From the NCBI RefSeq assembly GCF_009914755.1, contig NC_060926.1: a stretch of 64,000 nucleotides of DNA, one strand, 5' to 3'. This DNA is from the human T2T-CHM13v2.0 reference genome, Homo sapiens. The notes under the pieces are model-generated. The model was not told the origin of the DNA. It was given only the letters and a program-made list of their open reading frames with translations, and did no database searches. The position numbers and the translations under genes were made by a program. Shown in pieces: positions 26,700 to 39,300 of the stretch; position 1 is the first letter of the stretch; the number at the start of each line of letters is the position of its first letter.

Positions 26700-27425
26700 C
26701 CTCATTCATTCACTTTGTACATATTGATACCAAACCTATGGAAGGACATTAGGCTAATCCCTGGGGACACACTGATTAGACAGCAGATTCTTGTCCTTTT
26801 GGGGCTTAAAATCTAGTGATTGTAATTTCAGATAGTAGTTAGGGCTATGGATAGAATAAATTGGCACCACAATGGAGACTAGATGGGGAGAACTCTCCAA
26901 ATAGAAACATTTTAAGCTGTGACCTGACGAATAAAGGAGGGAGAAGTAGAGGAGGAAGGAAGTGACAAAAGCAAAGACCCTGGGGTGAGAAAGCTTAATT
27001 TGTTCCAGGATCTAATGGAAGGCAAAGGGGAGTGGACATTGGGAAGAGGCTGAAACACGGGTGAAAGGTGGCCATGTTATCAGATGCCTTGTAGGTAGGG
27101 TGAACATACATCCCAATTTGCCAAGAATAGTCCTGGTTTAGACCTTTGTCCTTGTACAATTATGGACAGGGCCTCCTCTCACTCTCAAAAGTGTCCTGGT
27201 TTGCACGATAAGTTATCTGGTCACCCTGCTTTAAAAGCATGTCAAAGAGCTGGGTTTTTATCCCATGTGAGATGGGAAATCATTGAAGGGTATGAGGCAG
27301 GGGTATGGCAGGACTAGATTTATGTTTTCAGATTGTTTCATCGTCAGTCTGAAGGGAGCCAGGTGTGGAAGTGGAGAGAACTGTAGGAAGGCTATTGTAG
27401 TGGCTCAGGGAAGAGCTGAAGGTCA
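26700..27425 (-). mobile_element. L2 fragment interrupted by MER94
   Basis: tcattcattcac...ctggggacac...gggtttttatcccatgtgagatgggaaatcattgaaggg...aaggctattgtagtgg. Confidence 0.65.
27096..27228 (+). mobile_element. MER94 hAT-Blackjack MITE, full length
   Basis: Terminal inverted repeats tagggtgaacata ... tatctggtcaccctg. Internal cactctcaaaagtgtcctggtttg. Confidence 0.85.
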
Positions 27426-27488
27426 ACTGAGCGTCACATTTAAAAATAGATTACACTAAGCAACATTCTACCATCTTCTTTCTTTCAG

Positions 27489-28090
27489 GTTCCTGGTGCT
27501 GGTTCCAGCAGAATAGACACAGAGATGCATGGCCTAACTCCCACTCCCTCTTCAGGACTGAGCCACGCAGCCCCCCATCTGCCAGAAGTGTTAGCTGTTG
27601 ACGGCTCACAGCTGAGTCCCTCTCCAGGCATTGCTGAAAAGAGCCACCTTGCTCTAGGATGTGCCCCCACCCTGGGGGCAGCATACATTCCAAGTGATTA
27701 GTCCATAGTGTGGTACAAAGGTTGTACCCATCTTGCCTGAATTCAGGATCTCTTGGAAAACCACCCCAGCTCTGCAGCTCCTGGTGGGGTGCTGAGGCCT
27801 CTGCTGCAGCTGCATCGCAGTTTACTTTCCCCTCTGCCTAGTCCTGCTGCCTTCACTCCCCAACAGGTATTGTTCCCCAGAGAACTCCCTGCCCCCAGTC
27901 ACCTGTAAGCAAATCTCCACTGCAGTCTGTGGCCTGGGAAACCTGCTCTAGGATCCCAAAGTGAACACAGCTTCCCATTGAAATGTGTCTTTGGGTGTTA
28001 ATCTGTCCTGCCATCTTTACATCTAATCAAGAGGTAGAGCTTCCCCTGGTGTTCCTGCTGGGTACATAAAGGATCTTTTCCATTGTCTTT
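27489..28090 (+). ncRNA. MYOSLID: MYOSLID terminal exon (candidate)
   Basis: Strong acceptor ccatcttctttctttcag|G. Variant poly(A) signal CATAAA at 28065-28070, then GU-rich tgtcttttatgtcgtttgt. Confidence 0.6.
27510..27955 (+). mobile_element. LTR16C ERVL solo LTR, near full length
   Basis: ccctcttcaggactgag...tgacggctcacagctgagtccctctcc...gctgaggcctctgctgcagctgcatcgcag...caaatctcc...gggaaacctg. Confidence 0.85.
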
Positions 28091-29269
28091 TATGTCGTTT
28101 GTAAATTGAATCACCTCATTTGTTCTGACCTGGATAATTTTCTCCGTTAATGCTTGTGTTGGTTCGCAACACTGGGTCTCTGTAAGCAGACACCCTTACC
28201 ACTTTTTATTGCATCCCAAGTACTTATTTCAGATATTGTAAAACAACAGCTCTCCTTTAAACACCTTGATTTTCTATTACCTAAATTTAGTTTCTTCTTT
28301 TGGTACTTGAATTATTTCCTTAGGGAATGTAAAGATCCCATAAATTCCTTTTTTATTTCTTTTATTCATGAGATTATTCCTAGTACTTCTAGATAGTAAT
28401 TTGAAATTTATTGAAATAAATTACAACAGGACCCCATTCTTTATAGTTCATTATCACCAAGAATGCAATATATCATGGATTAAATCATGCTCTCCCCAAA
28501 TGTAACTACAACCAACAAAAGACTGATGCAGGGCCATTAGAGGATAATAGGAAAGAGTTGGCAATCTTTTCAAAGTAACGTGTTGAGTCTTCGCTCCTTC
28601 ACAGGCATAAGGGGAATGAATGTGCATGTAGGTGAGCGAGTAAGAACCAGGAAAGGGTGGGGGCGTTTCCTCACACTTTAAGCACCGGGGATTTGCCCAT
28701 GCATCTGGTGGGAAGTCTTTTGCCTGGTTTCCAGCCGTCTAGCCACATGAAGTCGCCAGTCCCCACCTCTGCTAATAGTAAAGATGACATGGGAAGAGAG
28801 AAGGGATGTCTACATAGACTTATACTTTAATTCTCTCCATTCACTCATTCAACAAATATTTTTCAGTTCCTCCATAGTACCATGCCCAGGTGGCACCATG
28901 CGAGATACAGAGCATCTCTGTACGCACTCTGACTCCTGACTTGAAATGTGCCTCTTGGTGCTGAATCCCATAACAGGGTAATAAAAATATTCCAATTTTT
29001 TTCCTTTTGGTAACTTTTTTCATTAAAATTCAAATTTTCTTCTATTTCAGATCACCCGCTCTGAACATGCCATCTACTGTGGAAATCTTCAATCTTTAAT
29101 TAATTTTTCCTGTTACAGGAAGATTAAGTCTAAAAGGGTATCTCCCCTAGTTGATCCAGAACTAAATAACATTGTTTTCAGTACTTCCAGTAACTTGCTT
29201 ACACTCTTACTTCTAAAGCATTGAATGTATCATCTTATGTGCTTGTCACCCCCAGCTTGTGTCATAGGA

Positions 29270-29480
29270 GAAAGTATACGGAGATCAGGTACAACTTCAG
29301 TTCAACAGCTTATGAGCTATTGGATCAGTCTCCTTATTAATCTCTCAGAGCCTCAATTTCCTTGTTTAAAATGGGGGCAATACCTACCTTAAGGAATTTC
29401 TTGAGGATCAAAAGAAACCCTAGTAACAAAGCCTTGAACCATGTCTGACTTATAGTATATATTCTAACTGCAAGTTCTTT
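29270..29480 (+). mobile_element. MIR
   Basis: taatctctcagagcctcaatttccttgtttaaaatggggg...tacctaccttaagg...gaggatcaaa. Confidence 0.65.
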
Positions 29481-29499
29481 TCATGTCTTGTCCATGAAT

Positions 29500-31575
29500 T
29501 CTTCATTCATTCATTCATTCATTCATCCAACAACCAAGCATTCACTGATGCTCCAATTGTGCAAGACACTGTTTTAGGCCTTGAGAATACAAACTGCACA
29601 AGCAGGACAATGTAACCAGTGTTATGCAGGGTCTGGTCTAGTGGGAGGAGAAGACAGTGACCATGGCCCATGATGAGTGACAGAATGAAAAGTAATCAGG
29701 AAGATATGATAGGAAATACAGGGAGAATGGGAGAGTCTGCTTTATGTTGCATAATCAGAGGGCAGCTCTGGACAGGCAAAATTTGAGCTGAGACCTAAAT
29801 GACAAGGAGTGAAGCCAATGGAACATCTGAAAGAATAGTTTTCTAGAAAGAGAGCCCAGCTAGTGTGAGCCCTAAAGTAGGTAGAAAATGGGCTTGGAGG
29901 GTTTTATATGAGGAGCAGCGGGAAGTAGGCAGAGGCCTGGTCATTGTAGGTCATGTTGGCTAGAGTAAAGAGCTTGTGTTTGATTCTCAGGGCAATGAAG
30001 AGCCTTTGGAGAATTTAAAGCAAAGTGGGGAGGGGGAACAAGAGCTGATTTACATTATTCTGAACAGCACCAGGAGGTATAGTACTGGATAATAAGAGTG
30101 GTAAAAGGAGACCATTTAGGAGGTTATAGCAATTGTCCAGGGTGGCCTGGCCTGCCACGGTAGCCACAGAGACGGTGAGAGGTGAGGAGGTGCCAGGTAC
30201 CGTCATGGGAGACATAATGACATTCGATCAATGCTGAACTACATATATGACGGTGGTACCATGAGATTATAATGGAGCTGAAAAATTCCCATCACCTAGT
30301 GACCTCGTAGCTGCTGGAACATTGCAGGGCAATGCATACACACATGTATGTGGTGATAGTGGTGCACACAAACCTACTATGCTGCCAGTCCTATAAAAGT
30401 GTAGCACACAGGATTATGTACAGTACATAACACTTGATAATGATAACAAATGACTAGGTTACTGGTTTATGCATTTACCATACTATACTTTTATCGTTAT
30501 TTTAGAGAGTACTCCCTCTACTTATTTAATAAATATAGTTAACTGTAAAACAGCCTCAGGCAGGTCGTTCAGGAGGTATTCTAAAGAAGGCATTACTATC
30601 ACAGGAGATGACAACTCCATGCGTGTTATTGCCCCTGAAGACCTTTCAGTGGGATACAGTGTGGAGGTGGAAGACAGTGATACTGATGATCCTGACCCTG
30701 TGTAGACCTATGCTAATGTGTGCTTGTGTCTTAGTTTTTCACAAAAAAGGTTTAAAAATAAAAATACAAAAGAATAAAAAAGGTTATAGAATAAGGATAT
30801 AAAGAAAGAAAATACTTTTGTACAGCTGTATAAGTGTTTGTGTTTTAAATTAAGTGTTATTACAAAGGAGCAATAGAGTTTTCACAAATTAAAAAGTTAA
30901 TAAATGTTAAAAGTCACTGTAAGCAAGCTAAGGTTAATTTATTTTTGAAGAAAGAAATTTTAAAAATAAATTTAGTATAGCCTAAGGATACAGTATTTAT
31001 AAAATCTACAGTAGTCTACAGTAATGTTCTAGGCCCTCACCTTCACTCACCACTCACTCGCTGACTCACCCAGAGCAACTTCCTGTCCTGCAAGCTTCAT
31101 TCATGGTATCTTTTAAAGGTATGCCATTTTTTATCTTTTATACCATATTTTTACTGTACCTTTTCTGTGTTTAAATACTCAAATACTTACTGTTGTGTTA
31201 CACTTGCCTACAGCATTCATTCAGTACAGTGACATGCCATACAGGTTGTAGCCAAGGAGCCATAGGCTGCATACCATATAGCCCAGGTGTGTAGTAGGCT
31301 ATACCATCTAGGTTTGTGTTAGTACACTCTGTGATGTACACACAACTAAATTGCCTAACAGTGCATTTCTCAGAACATGTCTCCAGCATTAAGCAATGCA
31401 TGACTGTATATATATCTTAGAGTAAGAGCCAGCAGGATTTAAAGCTGGACTGAACATAGGAGGGAGCTGAGGAAAGCAAGGGATCAAGAAGGATTCGTAG
31501 GATTTGACTTGAGCCATGGAACGATGGAGGTGCCATTATACACTGAGATAGCGAACACTGGGAAGGTGCACATTA
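29500..31575 (-). mobile_element. L2 LINE split by Tigger3b
   Basis: (TTCA)n tail, ccaacaaccaagcattcactgatgctcc...gaggttatagcaattgtccagg up to 30199. L2 resumes after 31408 (gagccagcaggattt...ggaggtgccattatacactgagat). Confidence 0.75.
30200..31406 (+). mobile_element. Tigger3b (MER7B/Golem) non-autonomous DNA transposon, full length
   Basis: Termini ccgtcatg ... catgactg flanked by TA on both sides. Internal gattataatggagctgaaaaattcc and gtggaggtggaagacagtgata. About 1.2 kb. Confidence 0.92.
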
Positions 31576-31801
31576 GAGGTCCAGCAGAGAATCCTAACAG
31601 AGACCAGTACAGAATAAAAACCAAGAAAGTGTGAAAATACAAAAGCCAAGAGAATGGTAAGCAATGAGGGTATGATTCACAATTTTTATAGCCACTGGAC
31701 TTACTTCGCAAATATTCCATCATCAGCAAACAGCTTTAAGCCCCGTCACCAAACTGGCAACCCCAAAAATCATTTTGGTACTCACTTCTCAAATACGTCA
31801 G

Positions 31802-32267
31802 TGTTATTGGGTTAAACTGTGTCCTCCTCTCCCCTCAGATAAGACATGTTGAAGTTCTAACTCCCAGTACCTTAGAATGCACCCTTTTCGGAGATAGGGT
31901 CGTTACAGAGGTGATCAAATGAAGATGAGGCTATCAGGGTGTGTCCTAATCTTCTATGATGAATGTCCTTAAGGAAAGAGGAAATTTGGACAGAGACACA
32001 TACACAGGGAGAACATGGCGTGAAAATGAAGGCAGAGATCAGAGTGATGGAGCAGTAGCCAAGGAAGTCAAAGATTGCCTGCAAACTACTAGAAGCCAGG
32101 AGAGAAGCACAGGACTGTCTCATCCTCACAGCCCTCAGAAGGAACCAATCCTTCTGTCACCTTGATCTCAGACTTCTAGCCTCTAGAACTGTGAGATGAT
32201 ACATTCCAGTTGTTTAAGCTGCCCAGTCTGTGGAACTTTTGCTAGACAGCCCTGGCCAACTCCTACA
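31802..32267 (+). mobile_element. MLT1C solo LTR with 5-bp TSD GTCAG
   Basis: TG...CA ends. GTCAG at 31797-31801 and 32268-32272. Internal ccctcagaaggaaccaa...ttgatctcagacttctagcctctagaactgtgaga. Confidence 0.9.
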
Positions 32268-33047
32268 GTCAGTGTGTCAGGAGGGCAACCACAGGTCTTC
32301 CAAAAGACAAAATTGCTTTCTGGGACAATGTTAGCCACTGTGGGCCATCTCCATGGGCTTTGTTCTTGGTATTTCAACATGGAACTTTGTTGCCTATGCT
32401 TGTAAACACTTGCAACAAAATTACACGGGGTGAGTACTGCTGGGGAGTGGTGGGTGATGCAGAAATCCCACATTTGCCAAGAAATGGAGAGAAGACCTCA
32501 AGCCTCAGGGAATAAATGAAACAGAACACATCTGAGGAAAGCAAAACCTGAGTACATGCATTCAATACAGAAGCAGTGAGAAGAACCTTCCATAAAGGAA
32601 AACATTGCCTATGCAGCATTCAGCCCCAGGAAGTAGCCCTGGGGAAAGGCAAGGTGAAGCTGCCCCACCCTGTTTGCCCAAATTAGTGATAACTTGTTTT
32701 GACAATGTACACATTTGGAAAGTCTCTTCTTTTACTCTACTCATTTCTGTTCCCACAAGGCACATGCTTGGTTTCTCTTTTTATCCTAAATTTATAAAAT
32801 TCAAAAGAAAATATGACTTTTTTTTACTTTCAAAAATTTAGGAAGTATTCTTGAAGTATTCTAGTTAAGCTGGTTTTGATCATAAGGAACAGATACCCAC
32901 AAATGTACTCAATTTAAACTGGGGTTGGGGGTGGGGGCTATTATCAGGATTTATATGAGGTAGTAAGAGGGAGATTCTATTGAAACCAAGAACTTCAGTA
33001 GTAAAAATAGACCACGCTTATGTAGTGTGCCAGTTGTTTTTTTGTTT

Positions 33048-33048
<1 letters not shown>

Positions 33049-33091
<43 letters not shown>
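33049..33091. repeat. (GT)n microsatellite of about 21 units, derived from an Alu tail
   Basis: Perfect GT run directly abutting the 3' end of an antisense AluJ. Confidence 0.97.
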
Positions 33092-33092
<1 letters not shown>

Positions 33093-33369
33093 CAGGGTTT
33101 CACTCTACTGGCCAGGCTGGAGTACAGTGACATGATCTTGATCACTGCAGCCTCCACCTCCTGGGCTCGAGCAATCCTCCTGACTCAGCTTCCCCAGTAG
33201 CTACAACCACAGTTGCATACCACTATGCTCAGCTAATTTAAAAAAATTTTTTGTAGAGATGGAGTCTCACCATGTTGCCCAGGCTGGTCTTGAACTCCTG
33301 GGCTCAAGTGACCCGCCTCGGCCTCCCAAACTGCTGGGATTATAGGTGTGAGCCATGGTGCACCAAGCT
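33091..33369 (-). mobile_element. AluJ
   Basis: J-type diagnostics cactgcagcctcc, gcaatcctcctg, gaactcctgggctcaagtga. Confidence 0.93.
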
Positions 33370-33374
33370 GAGCC

Positions 33375-33555
33375 AAATGTTTTTGTAAGGGCTTTATGTG
33401 TGTTAACTTGTTTGTTCCTCACCATATCCCTAAGAGGCAGATACTGTACTGATCCCCATTTTACAGAGGAGGAAACTAAGGTACAGAGAGGTTAAGTGCC
33501 TTTGTCCAAGGTTACACAGCTAGTAAGTGATGAGCCGGGATTTGAATCAATGGCT
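33375..33555 (-). mobile_element. MIR (host of the AluJ)
   Basis: ccccattttacagaggaggaaactaaggtacagagaggttaagtgcctttgtccaaggttacacagctagtaagtgatgagccgggatttgaa. Confidence 0.88.
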
Positions 33556-35619
33556 GGTGTCAAGGAACGTTCCTTAAAGTACAAGTCAGCTACCCCAGGG
33601 GAACCTGAATGGAACTGCAGTAGATTAGGGATTCTCCCTATTGCCCTCCATCTTCCCACCCTTCTCCCTCTTCCTCTCTCCCTCCTTCCACATTTCTACC
33701 TTTCCTCCATCTCCCTCCGGCCCTCTCAGCATTTCTGTTTCCCCTTTTGTGTGTGTCGGCTCTGTTCTGTTTTGGCCACTGACTTACTTTTTCTCTCTTT
33801 ATGCTCTGTGTAGCTTCTACTTACTCCTAGCTTCTCAGCCTGGATATGGCCCACTGTGACTGTTCCAACCTCCCACTGCTCATTAGCTCATTGAGATTTC
33901 TTAGTACAGAATCCCAGTGGACAAAATCCTACTGGACCAGCCCATGAGGTGCCCCCCGACTCCAGTCCAATCGGGTATGGCTACATGCTGAGTCACAGGA
34001 ACTAAAAATGAACAGCCCCCGACCATGCAGGGCCAGGCCCAGGACAGCTGCTGCGAGTGATGCCTGGTAAGCATAGGATCATCTTTGTTTTTGCAGAAAA
34101 ACTATCTACTGATTAATTCTGTCACATATAAGCCTGCCAGTCAAATCCCTACCCCTCTGTGGCCTGTGCCCCCACACATGACGTCCCTGGTGTAACGATA
34201 CTCACACATGCTGTGTGCCTCTGTGAGATGGTAATAGCAGATAGTGAGTGAATAAATGAGAATCTTGTCTGGCTCCTCCAAGAGAAGACAAATGGGCCTG
34301 TGTTGCAAGGTATATCTGATCAAAGGGGAACCCAGGCATCAGGAGGAGGCTAGGGACAGGGGACCACGCCATTGCATGGTGACACTCAGCAGACATCTGC
34401 CTCTCAAATAAACCAGAGTCCTCAATCTGTGTTGAGGGTAAAAGCTGGAAACTAGGAGAGAGAGACGCTGCCTGGGTAAAGAGACGGAAGGAACTCAGCC
34501 TAGGTCCAAGGGGGAGCTCATTCCACCTAGAAAGAGAATCCTGATCTCTCTGGAAAAAAAGGAGAGATGTTGAGCTACAAGGAGGCAAGGCTCACAGAGC
34601 CAGATGAAAACATCCTGCTTAGAGCACATGGAATGTCTCTGTTACATTTCTGCGGTCACTGAACTATAAACTAGGCTCCTGCAATATATATCTGCACTTG
34701 GTCACCTGAATATATAAAGGTGTTTAAAAAGCAAGTCTGCAAGCCATTTCTCTCTTTTTTTTTTAACTGACTCTCTTCCAAAAAAGTAACTAAATGACAC
34801 ATTACTATGTTTCCACATAATCTCTTATCAGATTTGAGCAGATTTGTCATAGTCCTAGACAGGTGTTAGTATCTTTGTTTATCCCAGCCTTCCACACCTT
34901 GCAAGATCATTCAGCCTTCCTTCTAGAAATTTTATTCCCTTCTTTGATACACTGGATTGACTGAAAACAGGTTTTGCATATACTTCAAGAGAATAAAAAT
35001 ATTTTTTGCATTAAAAATAGAATCACCACAGGCACAGAGATAGTTAGACATTTAAACAAAGGGTATATCAAATCTTCTATTCTTCTAGCTAATCTATTTT
35101 CAGTACTGCCAGAAACACCTAACAAACTACAGTCTCACAAAATCAGAATCTGTGGTACTAGTATCATGTGGTGATGATTAACCTTGTCAACTTATTTTTT
35201 AAATAATCCTCATCGTTTATACCATTGTAGTAAAGGGTTCCCCTCTCCCATGCAGCAAGTCCAGAATGAAAGTGGGTTGTTCCCATGGCAACAGAATACA
35301 AGGCAGAGAACTCCAGAGAAGGGGGGCGGGTGCATCTCTACACTCAAGGCCATAGCTGCAAGAAAGCCCCAGGCTCCAGGATGGTGGCAGCAAAGAGATG
35401 CAACCTGCCATGACATCACACTGCCAGATGGCCTGCTGTTGACATAGGGTTCCCCCCCAACTAATTATTTGCATAAATCTGGATCATTCATTCAAAGAAA
35501 AATAAAGGATTCACTCAAGTATACATTGACGTACTTATTAGACAGTTTTTCTCTTTGAACAACTTAGTATTACAAACATTCCCCAAACACCAAGCACATA
35601 GTTGCCTTACACATGGAAG

Positions 35620-36370
35620 CTGTTTAAGAAGCATGTATTTCACGATATATTGGACCCCTTCCTGAACCAGGTATTGCTCAAGATCCAGAGGAGAGTTCTC
35701 TCTCTCCAGAGAGTTCACTGTTTAGTGGGTGGACAAGCATGTATAAAGATCCATAGAACCTTACATATCAGCTTAATGATAGACTTGCCCAGGGTATCAC
35801 AGGGGTGAGAATTCAGGAGAGGAGACCACAACCCTGGAGAAATACATAGGAGGGGAGAAAGGAGACAACGTACGTGTCACATGACCCCGAGGATGAATGA
35901 GGAGCTATTGATGCTCCATTGTTTGCTCTGTCTGCTTGCTTTGAGATTGTTGGCGGAGGAAACAGCACAAGCAAAGACCCAAAGGCAAAAAGTAGCACAG
36001 TCTAAGTAGGGGAAGCATATGCAGTTTGCTCGTGTTGAACACAAATCTGTAAGGCAGGGACTGGAGGGAGCTGAAGCTAGAGACACAGGGAGCTAAGATG
36101 TTAAGAGAACATGTAAGTCCCTCCATCTGGAGAGCTTGGACTATATTTTCTGGGCAATGATGGCACCAACGTGATAAAGCCTGCTTTCTGGATAGACTCA
36201 ACAGCAGTGAGGAGAGTTGCTTAACAGATAAGATTGGAGTCCAGAGGACCCGTCCCAAGACTGCTTCAAACATCCAGGCAAGAGACAATAAGAGCCTGAC
36301 TTAGATGGAGGACTAGGGATGGAAGGGTGAGGAGACATTCTAGAAATATTTAGTGAGTAAAGTCACATAG
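35620..36370 (-). mobile_element. L2 fragment
   Basis: ctctccagagagttcactgtttagtggg...ggcggaggaaacagcacaagcaaagacccaaagg...atccaggcaagagacaataagagcctgacttag. Confidence 0.6.
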
Positions 36371-39300
36371 CTTCTCAGCATGACTCACCTTCCCAAATTC
36401 CTAAGACTCAAATCTCCATCCACGTCTCCATACCAATTTCGACACTGAAGAAAACCTGGAGGGAGGAAGGATAAGATTTGCAGCGGCTAAAGCTCCTTCA
36501 ATAGTACATAGCTTATACAGTACATTCGTTGAGCCACTTAAAATGATCAGAGTCACTTTAAACCTTATTGGCTGAGTCGATGAACAGGCAAAATATTTCT
36601 TTCTTGAATAGTCCAGTACATTGTTTTCCACAATTAGCGGTCACTGGGGTCGGAAAAAGAACGGAGGTTTTTAGAAAGATTCTGAACAATGTATCAATGC
36701 CAACTGAGAGTGGCAGGCACAACAAAACTGATAATGCTTCATATTGAGATAGGATCATTCCTCTGTGGCTTTCCTAGTTTCACAGTGAATATTAATTTTT
36801 AGAGCATTCCTATGAAGTAGAAAAGTGGCAAAGCAAGTTGGCTCCATTTCCGTGTGTGGGGCGGGGGTGGTAAGATACTAGTGCAGAGAGATGAACTGAC
36901 TCGTCAGAGGCAAGGCTAGTTGGAGGAAATCCAGAGGGCAGTTTGGGCTTCTTGGTTTCTTCTGGTTTTATCATCTAAACCCATCCTAATGAGGTTACTG
37001 TCTTTAACTCAGCCTGTCCAGATCTCATCTAAAAAGAGGAAGCAAAGACCTGGGTAATTTTCCAGATAATTTCTTTAAAAGAAAAAAAAGCAACCTCTCT
37101 TTCCTCCAAATTGTTTATAATTGATGCAATACAGGAAGTCTCACTGCTTGTTAATGAGCTCCCAAACTCAAATTTTGCTATTTAATTTCTTTTTGAAATC
37201 TGCGTTTGCCCGAAATATCTCAGTAATTCAAGTGGAAAGGGAAGTTTTGCCTAAATTATGAAAATGACCTCAATTTCCTTCTTTGCGTAGCTAAGGGAGA
37301 AGTGGGCAGAACATGGTATCTGAGCTGTAGGAATCAAACCCTTCCCCATGGCCTGGGGTACATGGATCCCCTCTTGGTGTTGGGGAAACCCCACACTCAA
37401 GTTCAACATTGTCATCCTGTTTTCCGTCGTCAATCTGTAAGTCTTCATCCTTTACTCATTTGTATCTCCCAGGACTGCAACAGACACCACCTGCTTTGTT
37501 TCATTTATGCATTAGTAAAAACGTAGGACTTATACTAATGATTGGAAGAAATGACTCATTTCAAGTTCTTGCTACAGGGTCAGTCTTGGACACAGTTTAT
37601 TTTGTATGTATATAAAATGGGTAAATTGAGCTAGCAGTGATGAAGCAAGGAAATGACTGCCCTGCCTGCTTTTTTGCCAAAGCACACGTCCCAGTTCTTT
37701 GTCTGACTCTAGTCCCTGTCATCTGCCAGTCTGCTTTTGTCTTTCCCTCATTCGGCCACTCTTCCCTTACTCCTTTCTTCTTGTATCTCTCGGGATAGAG
37801 CCACATGCCTCTGGACGGCTTCCATTCAGTGAGAACCTTGGATAACAAGGTGGTCCACAGGCAGCAGTTCAGCTGAAAAGCAGCAGCCCTATCCTGAAGC
37901 TATTTTGGAGGCAGACTATGAGTCGATAGCAGGACACCAACAGTTTGCCTCTTCACTGGGGCTCACAGATAAAAGCCTCAGATCTTGATGATGAACAGCG
38001 GCAGCTCCTTTGGGCGGGCATGTGGGCTGTCCTGCTGCTCCCGGCAGTCAGAAGAGCCAAGAACAAAAGATGTCCGCCAGGCCGCCCTGGTACCCAGCCG
38101 GAGCACACTGGGTGTCTTGCACACTCACATCCACACACTGCCCGACTCCCTGAGGCATGGAGATTGCTCTCTTCTGGATTCACACATCTCCCAAAAGGAA
38201 GAGCCCCTTTCTGAGATAAAATCACTGCATTTTTACACCCTGAACAATTAGACAAGATTTCCCAAAATGTAAGAGCAGTTAGTAGTTAGTAGACTCCATC
38301 CAAGGCGGTGAAGGCAGGAGGAGAGAAAAGGAGGGAGGAGGGAGAGGGTGGGGGAAGGAGAGCAGCAGCTTTGGAGTCTTTGTTTCTCTCCCATCTGGCT
38401 GAAAGCCAGAGGCGAAGATCGAAGAGACCTATCCTTTGTCCACTGATCTGACAGTCATCCCATGTTACCACTCGGCAAAATCAAAGTGAAATGCGTTCAC
38501 ACATTCACGTCCATCGCTCAAAAGGTTGCTATGAAATCTGTCTTCCTGTGCCTAATGGCAGCAGGATTTCTATGCAACAGTCCTGTTTTCAAGGTCATAA
38601 TAAAATGAAGAGAGCTCCACTTTTTCCACTATAGTCCATCATTCTTAGCATGCTCCTGTCCTCCCAAGGACCCAAGCATGTGCTCTGTGACTTTAAGGGA
38701 AGAGAGAGTTCTTCCCAGCCTCTCTCTATCACGTCAGGTTAGGCTGTAGCATGTAAAGTTCCAGGCCATAAATAATTCAAAAGGCATGAAGAAGATTTTC
38801 TTCATTCTCCATCTATCTCTGCACACAACATCCCTCCCTCCCTTTCTGGCTTATAACAAATGCTAATTTAATCAACTGGCAGTAGATTGTACTGGTTGCT
38901 GACTCATGCCAGACACAGCCCCTATGGACTAACAGAGCTATGCCATCTCATTTGGAAATGAACAATGAAGAAGTGTGGTCCTGAGCTGACCACCTTCCTG
39001 CATTTGTCCTTTGTTTCCTCATTTTTCTACCCTCCTCCCCTAAAAAAAGGTTATTTACAAATGTATCCCCTGACATACACGCAAGCAATTTACATGGCAG
39101 CCACACCGCCTGCAAGGGGCTGAGCTACATGCAAGCTATGTGGCCTCTCAACTGCCTGTAAGGACACATGGGACTTCCCTAGTGGTCCTGAAAGCCGTTC
39201 TCTAGAAAGACCCTGTGCATGTGGCAGGGGGAAGGGGAGAGCAGGCAGTGCCGAGGGTGGGAAGGGCGGGAGGCAGAGCCTTGTTATCCAAGCTGTGAAA

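Larger units (their letters stand above)
22040..28090 (+). ncRNA. MYOSLID: MYOSLID smooth-muscle lncRNA, three-exon form. The 5' end is uncertain (about 21850-22050).
   Basis: TATA, donor AAG|GTAAGT at 22342/3, acceptors at 22789 and 27488, and CATAAA followed by a GU-rich tract near 28065-28100. Its position about 25-30 kb from MIR1302-4 matches my recollection of the 2q33.3 layout. Confidence 0.7.

Noticed and set aside
34200-34650. Possible ancient LTR ending in GTTACA
   Set aside because: No family or TSD could be assigned.
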